IMG/VR virus record: IMGVR_UViG_3300005581_000015
Coordinates: 1-59,090 of that record
DNA from: a virus
Lineage: Duplodnaviria; Caudoviricetes
Direction: 5' to 3' (one strand)
Length of the DNA stretch: 59,090 nt
The notes beneath the pieces are model-generated. The model was not told where the DNA came from. It saw only the letters and a program-made list of their open reading frames with translations, and made no database searches. Positions 37,824 to 47,778 of this stretch are shown one piece after another. The translations under genes and the position numbers were made by a program. Every line of letters begins with the position of its first letter. Within the stretch, counting starts at the first letter, position 1.

Positions 37824-38422
37824 TACCAATCGTTAATTGGGTTCTTGGTATCCCTAAACCACCAGTACAAATCTGGACCTTTCCAATCATTGGCAAAGTG
37901 TCTTAGGTACCAGGGTATACTACGTGGATGTGTTAGGCATGCAGGATCATACATGAGTTTCTTTGATTTAACTGGCATGTCTGGACCGTGCAACCCAATA
38001 AAAACAAACTTGGCAGCATAGCCAGCAATCAACTCACTGAGCCATCCCAGGTCAGCGTCGGGTATACTACCCAATACCTGTGTGCATATCACAGCATCAA
38101 ACTTTGTTGTTGGTGCTGGCAATTGATCAATTCCGGGCACACATGGGTCGTACTTAAACACAGACCGTGCGTTGATACGTTCTTGAAAAGTCATTGTCTC
38201 ACTTGTAGTTCCGTCATCAAGCCCGTAACAGGCTGGAATTGTGTACTGATACCCCTTGCCACAGCCGTAGTCTAACACAGTCTGTGCTTGGTACTTGTCC
38301 ATTAGATATCTAATTTGATTGTGATAATTTTTTGAATCAGCACCAGTCCAATTTTTTGAATTATTCTTTTGAAACCCGCGCCCAATTGCCACGCTTTGGT
38401 GATAGTGTTCTGAGGCCATCAA
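37811..38422 (-). CDS. Class I SAM-dependent methyltransferase
   Basis: VLDYGCGKG, YDP and FDAVICTQVL motifs. Confidence 0.85.
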   Translation of the reverse strand: MMASEHYHQSVAIGRGFQKNNSKNWTGADSKNYHNQIRYLMDKYQAQTVLDYGCGKGYQYTIPACYGLDDGTTSETMTFQERINARSVFKYDPCVPGIDQLPAPTTKFDAVICTQVLGSIPDADLGWLSELIAGYAAKFVFIGLHGPDMPVKSKKLMYDPACLTHPRSIPWYLRHFANDWKGPDLYWWFRDTKNPINDWYQAR

Positions 38423-39096
38423 AATGTTCCTATTAACTGTTGATTATTTTTAACCCACTCCCAAGCAGGTGCAGACTTGGCCTGCATTTCCACAGCCCAC
38501 TCAGAATAGATCTGCCAATTGTTTGGCTCTTTGTAGTCGTATCTTAGTAGATACATTTGACAGCTTGTATTTACTGCACGAGCAGTGGCGGAGATCACAA
38601 CCCTAAACATCTTGTTGCCGCTTTTGTCCTTGGCAGTACTGAGTTTAGACACCACAGAATCCAGAGGTTCCAATGTTGATTTGTTGGCAATGATTACAAA
38701 GTCTGTGACTTTTTTGCCAACTCGTGCATCGTTCCGTACTAACACTTTGTCATAATGCGTGGTAAAAGCTAATCCAAGAAATGCAATGTCGTTGCGACCT
38801 TCTGCAATTTCCACAAGTTCAGACAGCGTGGTTTCCATTGCACTTTTAGTAAACCAAACATCGGTTCTAATTTTAACAACTATGTCTTCGGCAACACGCT
38901 CGCAAGCTGTTAAAAAATCCCAAACTTGTGCACCGCCACTGGTATCAAACGGGCATAATGGGTTGGCCTCAGTTTTTAAAAAGTTGTAAACCGTGACTGT
39001 GTACTTGGACTGTAGTAATTCTAAAAACTTTTTGTGATTATTTTCTGATGTTTGTTGATGCCTGGCATGGCCAATGTAAACTAGTGCAATGTTCAT
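38419..39096 (-). CDS. Hypothetical glycan-related protein (WavE/GT-A-like)
   Basis: IALVYIGHAR, DIVVKIRTD and VTDF motifs; located inside the glycan island. Confidence 0.4.
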   Translation of the reverse strand: MNIALVYIGHARHQQTSENNHKKFLELLQSKYTVTVYNFLKTEANPLCPFDTSGGAQVWDFLTACERVAEDIVVKIRTDVWFTKSAMETTLSELVEIAEGRNDIAFLGLAFTTHYDKVLVRNDARVGKKVTDFVIIANKSTLEPLDSVVSKLSTAKDKSGNKMFRVVISATARAVNTSCQMYLLRYDYKEPNNWQIYSEWAVEMQAKSAPAWEWVKNNQQLIGTF

Positions 39097-40118
39097 AGGT
39101 AATCAGTTAAGTTGTCTTGGTCTCTGCGTACATTTATGGCAGTGGCCCTGGGATAGGGATTCGCATCATTGTAGTCATTGATCAGAATCCTGGCTCCGTT
39201 TAGTAATCCAGTAACCAAATTAAATTCTTTGAATCCAAGTTCTTGTAGCATTTCTACAGTTTGATCATGAAACTCGCTGTATCTAGCAGTGGTAAAAATA
39301 AGTTGATGCCCAGCATCTTCAAGTTGACGCAATCGTTGAACAGCGTTGACCATCGGCACAGGGGTTGTGCCCAATTCATCAGGACGTTGTGCTTGTATAA
39401 TAGTACCATCAATGTCGCAAAAGATCACAGACTTGTCGTTGTGTTCAAACCAATCATCAGCAGTGCCAACATCAACATAGTTGGACACAGCTTTGACTGC
39501 AAACACTTCGTTCCATTCTAGACATTTTTGTATAACATGACTTACAAATATCTCCGAAACGTGTTGAGTACTCACTGCATCAAATGCACGACAAAATAAC
39601 TCTATGCTGTCAAATTTATATCCGCCAACACAAAATTTATCTGACACCACTTGCTTTTCAATTATGTCTGTTACTATACCTTGATTGTTGGCAACAACAA
39701 AACTCTTGCTGCCTAGTCGCTTTAATACTTCGTGATCAGCAATACTAGATGTACAAATATAATTGCCAGGGGCAATGGTGTGATTGAAAAAACTATCACA
39801 GTCCTTGATTAACAATTCCTGCGTGGGATCTAGGCCAGCCACTTCAATTATTTTTCTAACAGTGTCTGCTGGACCTTTTGTGAGTTGTTTAAGCACAACA
39901 ACCCGAACACTGTTGCCATATTTTTTGGCAAGATATTGATCAATAGGGAATTCCTGGTGATGCTGTTCAAGTACACCAATTGTTATTGGATGCTGGCCAA
40001 CAAATGATTCAATTGCACGGTCAATCATTTTAACACCAGAGTATTCCGTTAGAGTATACTTGGGGCGCATATTTGGAAAGCGGGAACTAAGTCCGGCTGC
40101 TGGAATTATTATTTCCAT
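39093..40118 (-). CDS. Sugar nucleotidyltransferase fused to a HAD phosphatase
   Basis: IIIPAAGLSSRF..PK, GPADTV, IKDCD and DVGT; then FCDIDGTI, FTTAR and ILIND. Confidence 0.85.
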   Translation of the reverse strand: MEIIIPAAGLSSRFPNMRPKYTLTEYSGVKMIDRAIESFVGQHPITIGVLEQHHQEFPIDQYLAKKYGNSVRVVVLKQLTKGPADTVRKIIEVAGLDPTQELLIKDCDSFFNHTIAPGNYICTSSIADHEVLKRLGSKSFVVANNQGIVTDIIEKQVVSDKFCVGGYKFDSIELFCRAFDAVSTQHVSEIFVSHVIQKCLEWNEVFAVKAVSNYVDVGTADDWFEHNDKSVIFCDIDGTIIQAQRPDELGTTPVPMVNAVQRLRQLEDAGHQLIFTTARYSEFHDQTVEMLQELGFKEFNLVTGLLNGARILINDYNDANPYPRATAINVRRDQDNLTDYL

Positions 40119-40849
40119 AATCTATTAATTTCCTTGAGTAAAAATTTGTGCTCTGGTGATTCCACAGTGGCATGTCTATACACACGTAGCAACATCAGTA
40201 TCAACAAATAGTTATTATTGGATTCAGGCCATCGAATAAATAATTCTTGTTGCAGTTGTTGCAGTTTGTTTTCTATCATTGCCGGCGCATTTCTTAAAAA
40301 CCAATGACACTCTAAATCTTGTCGCATTTTTGCAATATCAAAAATAAAACTATCATAAGGCACAGTGACGCAGTCAATCATGTAAAATCCATCTGTGGTA
40401 TGTATTAAATTTTCCAAAGTAAAGTCGCCGTGGTATTCGCTCTGTGGCAAATAACGTGGCATCTGGGCTAGCAATTCGTGTTCGGTAAATGGCAACAACG
40501 AGAAATCTACTAAGGCGCACAGGCTTTGATATGCACTGGTGTAATCTTTAAGCACAGCATTGTCAGACATACGTTTAAAAAGTCTTACTAAGAACTTTAT
40601 CAATGCAGTAGTGGGGCTGGTTAACAAATAACTACGCATATCCAATCCATGAACATATTCCATGTCAAATGCGTCACCGTTTACTTTATAAATTTTCGGA
40701 ACTGGGTACTGTTCTCCAAGAGCAGTTAACCGTTCTAAGTTGCGAGCAATGTTTCCGTCTTTGCGTACAAACAGATGCCCGTGCTTGTCCATCAGCGTTA
40801 TGCTAGACCCAGAAAATCCTGCAAAAGTTTTAATAACACGAGCTGCCAT
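40109..40849 (-). CDS. APH/choline-kinase-like phosphotransferase
   Basis: GFSGS, FVRK, MEYVHG, YHGDFTLEN, MID and DIAKMRQD motifs. Confidence 0.8.
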   Translation of the reverse strand: MAARVIKTFAGFSGSSITLMDKHGHLFVRKDGNIARNLERLTALGEQYPVPKIYKVNGDAFDMEYVHGLDMRSYLLTSPTTALIKFLVRLFKRMSDNAVLKDYTSAYQSLCALVDFSLLPFTEHELLAQMPRYLPQSEYHGDFTLENLIHTTDGFYMIDCVTVPYDSFIFDIAKMRQDLECHWFLRNAPAMIENKLQQLQQELFIRWPESNNNYLLILMLLRVYRHATVESPEHKFLLKEINRLWK

Positions 40850-40850
40850 C

Positions 40851-41420
40851 TCATTTAAATGCTACTATTCGACTATCTATGTTAGTCTTGCTGTATTGAT
40901 TTGGTTCTATTACAACACGAGAAAATCCCGCAGACATAAACAATCGACTCATGCTTTCTGCACTGTAGCCCCATTTGTGTAACATTGCTGGATCCGGATA
41001 TCTAACGGAGTCACCAAATATTCCAGCAACAGTACGTTTCATTAACTTACGGTCTTCGGTGTACAAACATTCAGGATTGTCTACAATAGCTTGACACATC
41101 TTAAGCAAGTCCGGCCATTCAACAGCCACTGACCCGTTGGGTTTTAAAATGCGATACCATTCTTGAAACATTGGTGGTACTTGCTCTCGACTAATATGTT
41201 CAATTACATGTACTGACAAAATTTCATCTACTGAATTATCTGGGACGGGATATTCACTAGTAATATTGTGCAAGGTAACATTGGGGTTGTGGGACATGTA
41301 GTCTCCGTCAACATTGACATATCCGTCAAAAAGTCTACTACCACATCCTAGATGTAGTCGTACCTTTTGCCCGGTACTCGTTAATTCATTTACTTTTTTA
41401 TCAAGCACTCTTAGTCCCAA
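40851..41420 (-). CDS. Class I SAM-dependent methyltransferase (start may be GTG at 41408)
   Basis: LHLGCG, GYVNVD, HVIEH and EWYRILKPNG motifs. Confidence 0.85.
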   Translation of the reverse strand: MGLRVLDKKVNELTSTGQKVRLHLGCGSRLFDGYVNVDGDYMSHNPNVTLHNITSEYPVPDNSVDEILSVHVIEHISREQVPPMFQEWYRILKPNGSVAVEWPDLLKMCQAIVDNPECLYTEDRKLMKRTVAGIFGDSVRYPDPAMLHKWGYSAESMSRLFMSAGFSRVVIEPNQYSKTNIDSRIVAFK

Positions 41421-41988
41421 TTAAATTAATTAACAGATAGGGTAGGTACTTTTTAATTTTCTTTCCTTGATCGTTGCGAGCAAAGTATGCCCATTTATTG
41501 TCCCGGCCAATTTCGTTTTTGTTGATCCATCGAATGTCACCATCCACTTCAGAAGAATAGGCATACCGGTCCCAGACAAAGTCGGGGAACAGATATTCTA
41601 TAGCTCTAAAACTATAACGATAATAGTCATCAGGATAGGCATGATACCGCCAAACCCATGGCACACAGATATAAAGTTTACCACCAGGCTTAACTACCTC
41701 GGCAATTTTTTCCGCCATGACCCACGGGTTTGGTACATGTTCCATTACACTGCAACAAATTGCAAGATCAAAATGATTTTTAGGCAATGGATTTTCGGGC
41801 GCTGTTAAATCACAGACCACGTCAACGTCAGAACCAGGCACCAGGTCTGTGCCAATGTATTCAGCAGCAGTGGGTGCAAAGTATTGTCGAAAACCAGTGG
41901 AATTTTCTCTGGCTCCTATTTCTAATACTGAACCGGTCACAGTCGGGCACACTGTCTTAATGTAATGTAAATCGTTTGGGCTTCCCAT
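41401..41988 (-). CDS. Class I SAM-dependent methyltransferase
   Basis: VLEIGA, VDVVCD, FDLAICCSVMEHV.NPW, VKPGG and HAYPDDYYR motifs. Confidence 0.85.
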   Translation of the reverse strand: MGSPNDLHYIKTVCPTVTGSVLEIGARENSTGFRQYFAPTAAEYIGTDLVPGSDVDVVCDLTAPENPLPKNHFDLAICCSVMEHVPNPWVMAEKIAEVVKPGGKLYICVPWVWRYHAYPDDYYRYSFRAIEYLFPDFVWDRYAYSSEVDGDIRWINKNEIGRDNKWAYFARNDQGKKIKKYLPYLLINLIGTKSA

Positions 41989-42005
41989 ATTATATCCTTT
42001 GTTGT

Positions 42006-42968
42006 TTAATGATTGCAGTTTTTAATTGCATATTCTGCCGCTTCCCACCAACGTTGTGCAATGACTTCGGGCAAATAGTTTTGTTTGGTGTACTGTTGTC
42101 CTTGAGCAATGCGTTCCAATACCTGCCCTGGGTGTGCTTGTGCCCACTTAATGCCTGCAATGTAATCTTGTTGCCAGGTGTAGGCATCAAACTCTACATA
42201 GCTGGCCAAAGGACTAGTTACAACAAACTTTCCACTAATTAACCCATCAATTAATCTATTAGCACTCTTGGTATCAGTTCGGTGATTCTGTGACTCAACT
42301 GGCATTAACACAATGTCACAGTCTTGCATCTTTTCACCCTGTAATTCCCATGTCCAATCTAGTATACTAATTTTATCAAAGTTAATTCCAGAGAATACTC
42401 CACGACGTTGGCGTTCCTTCATTTTGTTGGTGATGCGTTCAGCTTTGGCTGTTACCATGGTAAAGTGGTAGTTGCCAATTTCACGTTCTAGTCTTTGCCA
42501 CAGTGTCACCCAATCAACAAACTTTAAACTTGCGCCTGACCCAAACCACAACAATTGTATGGGTTGGCGGTTATCGAATGCGGGCGGCAGCTCAGGACGC
42601 TCGCAAGGATCTGGAATAACAATGCTGTCTCGGCCAGTGTGCTCTTTAACACTCACAGCCATTTGTTCGCTGTTGACTGTGATAAAGTCAGCGGCTAGAC
42701 AACACGGCAAGTATTCTTCTTTCTCATCAAATTTGTTATCGCAGAGGTCGTAGACTACAACAGCACCACGATTACGTGCTTCAAGCAAATGTTCGGGTTG
42801 ACTGTGTTTGAGCGCAACAAACACAGTGTCTGCGTCAATGCCGTCAAAACTGGCCAATGCTGTGGCTGCCTTGCCTTGAGCTTGCAGGGTTTTTGCAGTT
42901 AGTTCGCCACGCAGTCTATGACTAGCCCTTGACGATTTTATTTTTGAACTAAAAAATCTAATATTCAT
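42006..42968 (-). CDS. GT-B (GT4-like) glycosyltransferase
   Basis: ASHRLRG, VVYDLCD, LLWFGS, CDIVLMP and KSANRL..G..VVTSP motifs; start 42968 overlaps the next stop. Confidence 0.65.
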   Translation of the reverse strand: MNIRFFSSKIKSSRASHRLRGELTAKTLQAQGKAATALASFDGIDADTVFVALKHSQPEHLLEARNRGAVVVYDLCDNKFDEKEEYLPCCLAADFITVNSEQMAVSVKEHTGRDSIVIPDPCERPELPPAFDNRQPIQLLWFGSGASLKFVDWVTLWQRLEREIGNYHFTMVTAKAERITNKMKERQRRGVFSGINFDKISILDWTWELQGEKMQDCDIVLMPVESQNHRTDTKSANRLIDGLISGKFVVTSPLASYVEFDAYTWQQDYIAGIKWAQAHPGQVLERIAQGQQYTKQNYLPEVIAQRWWEAAEYAIKNCNH

Positions 42969-43615
42969 TGCCATCCCATGATCCAATCATCTTTAACTTG
43001 TTGTAACACAACCATGCCCCAACTCTTTAACAATTCAATTGCGGCATACTGTCCGTAATCACTGCTGTAGGCATCGTGCGGTTTTTGTTCTACTACAACC
43101 ACCGGACGACACCGACGAATTGTTTGTTCAGCACCTTGAATAACACGATATTCAAACCCTTCGCAGTCCATTTTGATGTAGCTTATGTCGTCAAAGTTGT
43201 AGCTGTCTAATGTTCTTACTTCAGTTTCTCCACTGCCAATGCTGTCTGGAGCAATATGTGTATGTCCCATGTTGCCCAGTGTGACATTCATTTTTGCCCA
43301 GGTATGTTCGTTGCCCAAGGCTTGTTCATACACTGTGAAATTTGTTCTAGTGACATTTTTAGATAAACAATAACGAAACAACTGCACAGGCTCAAATGCA
43401 ATTACTTGATCAAAGCGTTCAGTTAAGTCACGACTCCAAAGTCCCACATTGGCACCAATGTCAATGGCAGTGTGTTTATTGGCGCACAGTGCAATACTAC
43501 GGTCTCTAACTTGATATTGATAACGAGCAGGCCCGCCTTTGTCTACACTTTTTTGTAGCATCTTTTGAAAATGTGATTCGCCTTCGGGGAACCACCATGT
43601 TAAAAATTCATTCAT
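42965..43615 (-). CDS. FkbM-family methyltransferase
   Basis: AIDIGANVGLWS, VIAFEP, IKMDCEGFEYRVIQGA and RPVVVVE motifs. Confidence 0.9.
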   Translation of the reverse strand: MNEFLTWWFPEGESHFQKMLQKSVDKGGPARYQYQVRDRSIALCANKHTAIDIGANVGLWSRDLTERFDQVIAFEPVQLFRYCLSKNVTRTNFTVYEQALGNEHTWAKMNVTLGNMGHTHIAPDSIGSGETEVRTLDSYNFDDISYIKMDCEGFEYRVIQGAEQTIRRCRPVVVVEQKPHDAYSSDYGQYAAIELLKSWGMVVLQQVKDDWIMGWQ

Positions 43616-44414
43616 GTCGAGTCTCATCTAAAATTCTTTTTGCAGTGCCATCTTGTAATTCTTTGTTGTGGAACTGTCCGTAGGCCAAATGATATGCCCA
43701 GGCATGCACTAGATCCTGGTCGGGATACCAAGGATTGTCTATGTTGGACAACTGCACATTTGACACCGGCATTGCGGCATTGCAAGGTGCTAGTACAAAT
43801 GCTGGAATCCCTGCAATAATGCTTTCTGTGGCAGCAATACTGTTGAATGTCACTAATGCAAACACATCGTTATCCAATGCAGATTCTAAATCACTGCCAA
43901 CACGGTTTTGTCTATTAGGGTCACGCACACGTAGCTCAATGGGTCTATCTGTGTATCTTTTAATTTCATCAACAGTATTGTTGATCCAGTGGTCTAAGTC
44001 AACACCATAAAATACACAAGGTTTTTCGTCGGGCGCTGCCACTAATATTTTACGCCCGTCTTTGCGCCAGTTGCGAAGTTTAATCTGCAACTTCTCCCAA
44101 CGATCACTGGGTCTTGTAACAATGCTGTTGTGTTGTAGATTGTTGTCAACAATGCGATGCCACTGTTTCCAGCCATTGGGATTAAGTGGGTTTTTGCGAT
44201 TACCCACATACCCAGAGTCCATGTATCGAAATGCACGACCATCCTGCCAGCACTGTTTGATTATTTTGTGTTTCATGATACCGCGTATCACCAATGGATC
44301 GTTGTTGGAATCATAATTCCACGTTTCTAATGTAGTGGGAGCGGCACCAGATCCACGAGCAAACAAATCAATATACTCGTCGGTGCCTTTCTTACTAAGA
44401 TAAGTCCAGTTCAT
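43608..44414 (-). CDS. KpsS/KpsC-like glycosyltransferase
   Basis: Paralogue of the C-half of 35270: YMDSGY, RPSDRW, ILVAAP, LVTFNSIAATESIIAGIP and HLAYGQF. Confidence 0.6.
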   Translation of the reverse strand: MNWTYLSKKGTDEYIDLFARGSGAAPTTLETWNYDSNNDPLVIRGIMKHKIIKQCWQDGRAFRYMDSGYVGNRKNPLNPNGWKQWHRIVDNNLQHNSIVTRPSDRWEKLQIKLRNWRKDGRKILVAAPDEKPCVFYGVDLDHWINNTVDEIKRYTDRPIELRVRDPNRQNRVGSDLESALDNDVFALVTFNSIAATESIIAGIPAFVLAPCNAAMPVSNVQLSNIDNPWYPDQDLVHAWAYHLAYGQFHNKELQDGTAKRILDETRHE

Positions 44415-45223
44415 TGTATGCTTTGCCAGTATGCTTCGTTGCGTTGCACTCGTATATCTTTTTTAAGGCTTTGCCCTGCGGTCTTGCGCTCACCCTTGAG
44501 GTGATCTAGGTATGCGCCCCATTGACTATTAATTAACGGATGCCCCTCGCCTTTGATCAATCCAGCACTCCAGTCTAGTTGGTTCATGCTAATTCGTTCT
44601 CTAACAGCGTCAAATACATAACTGTCGTGCCACTCGCCCAAGGTGAATATTCCGTTTTCAGCATCGTCATAGTAGCGTTGAAATTCTTGTAAAAAGTTCT
44701 GTGCCAATTGTGTACGCAAGTTTACAGCATATAATCCGCACTCACTGAACTTACCAGTACGTCCTAGGTAACACAGATCAACATTTGTTGGGCACATTGA
44801 CTCTATAAACTCTAGACTAATTGGGCTATGACAAACCATGTCAGCATCCATCCATATTAGCCAATCAGTCTGTGCATTTTTTGCACAATGGAAAATGCTG
44901 TAGACCTTGTGTGCAAAGCGAACAGCATCCCATTTAAATCCTTTGCCAGCATCTTTGCGTTTTGAACGTACAGGATCATCTAGGACATTGCCATTGGCCT
45001 TGGGCACATCTCGCCAACGAGTTTTAAATGCAACTAATTCAGGACTGGCAGCATGTAAGTCAAAGACTTTTAAATTTGGTGCAGTCTGGGTAACTTGGCA
45101 GTCCTCGGCATAGACTCTAAGTTCAACAGTGGAAGGCCAGGTTTGTAAAAAGGTTTCAATCATACGTTGCCCGTAACGATTATAACCGTCAGTGTTAAAA
45201 GTGGTAATTACTGTATATTTCAT
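44411..45223 (-). CDS. GT-A glycosyltransferase-like protein
   Basis: VITTFN, RFAHKV, LIWMDAD (DxD), SECG, EWHDSYVFD and DHLKG motifs; TAAATA 6 nt upstream. Confidence 0.7.
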   Translation of the reverse strand: MKYTVITTFNTDGYNRYGQRMIETFLQTWPSTVELRVYAEDCQVTQTAPNLKVFDLHAASPELVAFKTRWRDVPKANGNVLDDPVRSKRKDAGKGFKWDAVRFAHKVYSIFHCAKNAQTDWLIWMDADMVCHSPISLEFIESMCPTNVDLCYLGRTGKFSECGLYAVNLRTQLAQNFLQEFQRYYDDAENGIFTLGEWHDSYVFDAVRERISMNQLDWSAGLIKGEGHPLINSQWGAYLDHLKGERKTAGQSLKKDIRVQRNEAYWQSIQ

Positions 45224-45235
45224 GTGAGGTATTTA

Positions 45236-46087
45236 GTGACAAAGACCATGGCCTGGTTCCCAAATGGGTGCGCCTTGAATTCCAAGGACCCAATGGCAGC
45301 AGTATTATCAGCTGTCAAAAATAAGTTAAACTACACTGTTGTAGAAAACTCGCTTGACGCAGATATTGCTGTTATATGGAGTGTACTCTGGCATGGCCGT
45401 ATGGCCACAAATGAGGCAGTGTATCAGCATTATCGTAGACAAGGTAAGTCAGTTCTTATCATTGATGTGGGTGCTCTACACCGTAATATAACCTGGAAGC
45501 TGTCTGTCAACAATATCAACGCCCTGGGATATTACGGTCACACTACAAACTTAGATCTAGACCGACCTAAGAAATTAGGTATAAGGATAGCACACCCAAC
45601 CAAAATAAATTCGGCAATCTTAATTGCAACCCAGCATCGAAAAAGTCTACAATTGCAGAATGTAAGTCAAGAAGAATTGATTAATAAACAAATACGCATG
45701 ATTCAGCAACACTCTGACAGACTAATTGTTGTCAGAAATCATCCACGATGTCCGTTAAATTGGGCTGACATACTGCGTCCTGGGGTCACACAACAAATAC
45801 CAAAATTAGTGGCCAATACCTACGATTCGTACGATGTTGACTACAACTATCATGCAGTTGTAAATTATAACAGTGGACCAGGGATACAAGCGGCTCTTGC
45901 CGGGGTACAGATAATAGTTGATAACTCCAGTCTGGCCCATCCAGTATCTAATGTATTAGAGCAAGTTGACAACTATGAATTTGAAGATCGCAGTGAATGG
46001 TTGGTTCAAATTGCACACACTGAGTACACAGTCGATGAATTACAACAAGGAGCCTGGATTGATAGGATATCACCAGCATTGCAATGA
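45236..46087 (+). CDS. KpsS/KpsC-like glycosyltransferase (start GTG 45236 or ATG 45248)
   Basis: ILIATQH..S, IVVRNHP, VVNYNSGPGIQAALAG and IAHTEYT motifs. Confidence 0.6.
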   Translation: MTKTMAWFPNGCALNSKDPMAAVLSAVKNKLNYTVVENSLDADIAVIWSVLWHGRMATNEAVYQHYRRQGKSVLIIDVGALHRNITWKLSVNNINALGYYGHTTNLDLDRPKKLGIRIAHPTKINSAILIATQHRKSLQLQNVSQEELINKQIRMIQQHSDRLIVVRNHPRCPLNWADILRPGVTQQIPKLVANTYDSYDVDYNYHAVVNYNSGPGIQAALAGVQIIVDNSSLAHPVSNVLEQVDNYEFEDRSEWLVQIAHTEYTVDELQQGAWIDRISPALQ

Positions 46088-46938
46088 GTAAACATGAAAA
46101 ACGATTGGCACTTGAAGATTTAAAACGTAGACAAAACAAAGAAATTGCCAAGGCAGCTAAAAGACAACATAAACAAACACAGCAAGCCCAGGTCAATACC
46201 ACCGAAGCCAATTTAATTGCTGACAACGACACACTTGATTGTGCATGTTTAATACACGGCACTGGGTACGATTGGAAATATGTAGAAACACTCTACAATA
46301 TGTTAACCAGAAATTGTACCAAAAAAATACGCCTACATGTATACACCGAGGAAAGTAGGGCAGTCCCGGCGCACATGATTAAGCATGTATTACAGGAATG
46401 GAAAGGTGTGTCTGGACCAAGATTGAGTTGGTGGTACAAAATGCAGATGTTTAATCGAGAGCATCACAGCGGTCCCATGCTATATTTTGATCTTGACATA
46501 GTTATAGTTAGAAACATTGACTGGATCACCGAACTGCCAACACGTTATTTTTGGGCTATTAAGGACTTTCGTTACCTCTGGCGAGGAAATCACAATGGCA
46601 TAAACTCAAGTATCATGTGGTGGGACACCCGCCGCTTCCATCATATATGGCAGGAGTTTTCCAATCAAAACATAGATTTGGTACGTAAAAGATATCACGG
46701 TGATCAAGACTACATATCGGCACGTATTACAGACACTGAGCGCAGAACTTTTGATCAGAAATACACACAAAGCTGGCGCTGGGAAGCACTCAACGGCGGC
46801 ATGAATTTTACGACCCGGGTGTATAAACGCCCAAATACTGGCACCACAATTGGTGACGAAACATCAGTGCTAATATTCCATGGAAATCCCAAACCACACG
46901 AGGTTGAAGACCTAGAAATAGTCAAGTACTGGAGATAA
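46084..46938 (+). CDS. GT-A glycosyltransferase (GT8-like)
   Basis: WWYKMQMF, LYFDLD, INSSIM, GDQDY and FHGNPKP motifs. Confidence 0.8.
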   Translation: MSKHEKRLALEDLKRRQNKEIAKAAKRQHKQTQQAQVNTTEANLIADNDTLDCACLIHGTGYDWKYVETLYNMLTRNCTKKIRLHVYTEESRAVPAHMIKHVLQEWKGVSGPRLSWWYKMQMFNREHHSGPMLYFDLDIVIVRNIDWITELPTRYFWAIKDFRYLWRGNHNGINSSIMWWDTRRFHHIWQEFSNQNIDLVRKRYHGDQDYISARITDTERRTFDQKYTQSWRWEALNGGMNFTTRVYKRPNTGTTIGDETSVLIFHGNPKPHEVEDLEIVKYWR

Positions 46939-46974
46939 CTTTTTCATAAATATTATCATGTAAGGAGACCATTG

Positions 46975-47757
46975 ATGTCATTAAGATCAAGTAAACTAGT
47001 TGCAGTTGCACATTCAGAATCGGGAAATGCTGGTGTAAGTGTGTCAGTCAACGGAAATGTTGTATATTCGGGTGCTACTGCACCTGCTATTACCGGGCCG
47101 GGAGATAAAATTATTGAATATGGCGAACTTTGCACATTTGATATTGATAGTGCGTTGACTGGAAATGTGGCAGTGTCTATTACTGCCACATCGGGCAATA
47201 TATATTTCAAAGACATTATAACAAATAATTCTGCGTTTGTCATACGGGTACAAGCCACTGGCGATCAATCTATTTTACACCCTGACAGGCCAGAGTGGGT
47301 TGAATTAGAAGCAGATGCTGAAGCAACGTTGACCTCAAACCAGGTCATTTTTGGCAACATGAACCTACCAGTTGAAAATGTAACAGCAGGCGACACATAT
47401 AAATTAATCTGGGGACAGTTCCCAAATCCAGTAACTGAAGAAACATCAATTAGTGAGTTATTATTAGGACATTATTCGGACCCAAGTTTAGATTATCTTG
47501 ATAATGGCGGTTTTAGTTCTGTGAATATTGATGGCGAAGAAGTAGACCCATTTGAAAAACGTGCAAATGGCCTTGTGCACGGGATTAGTCATTTTAGATA
47601 CATTATACCAGAAAATAGTACATTAACATTTAATTATTATATTGACCCAAATGCAGTGTTTGACCCCAATAGTAGTAATAATGATTTACGAACTCAGATT
47701 AACGCATTAACTCCAATGGCTTGTCCTTATACTCTGGATGTCAATGACCGGGATTAA
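46975..47757 (+). CDS. Hypothetical late beta-rich protein
   Basis: TAAATA at 46947, AAGGAG SD; no recognisable motif. Confidence 0.6.
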   Translation: MSLRSSKLVAVAHSESGNAGVSVSVNGNVVYSGATAPAITGPGDKIIEYGELCTFDIDSALTGNVAVSITATSGNIYFKDIITNNSAFVIRVQATGDQSILHPDRPEWVELEADAEATLTSNQVIFGNMNLPVENVTAGDTYKLIWGQFPNPVTEETSISELLLGHYSDPSLDYLDNGGFSSVNIDGEEVDPFEKRANGLVHGISHFRYIIPENSTLTFNYYIDPNAVFDPNSSNNDLRTQINALTPMACPYTLDVNDRD

Positions 47758-47778
47758 TTCGATAATACTAATTTAAAT

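Noticed and set aside
31958-46938. Host chromosomal LPS/capsule locus (prophage boundary or chimeric assembly)
   Set aside because: The island is coupled to uvsY, uses the same TAAATA motif as structural genes, lacks transport genes and is flanked by phage genes on both sides.
46958-46963. ATG-TAA minigene after the late promoter at 46947
   Set aside because: Too short to distinguish from chance; it overlaps the SD of the next gene.
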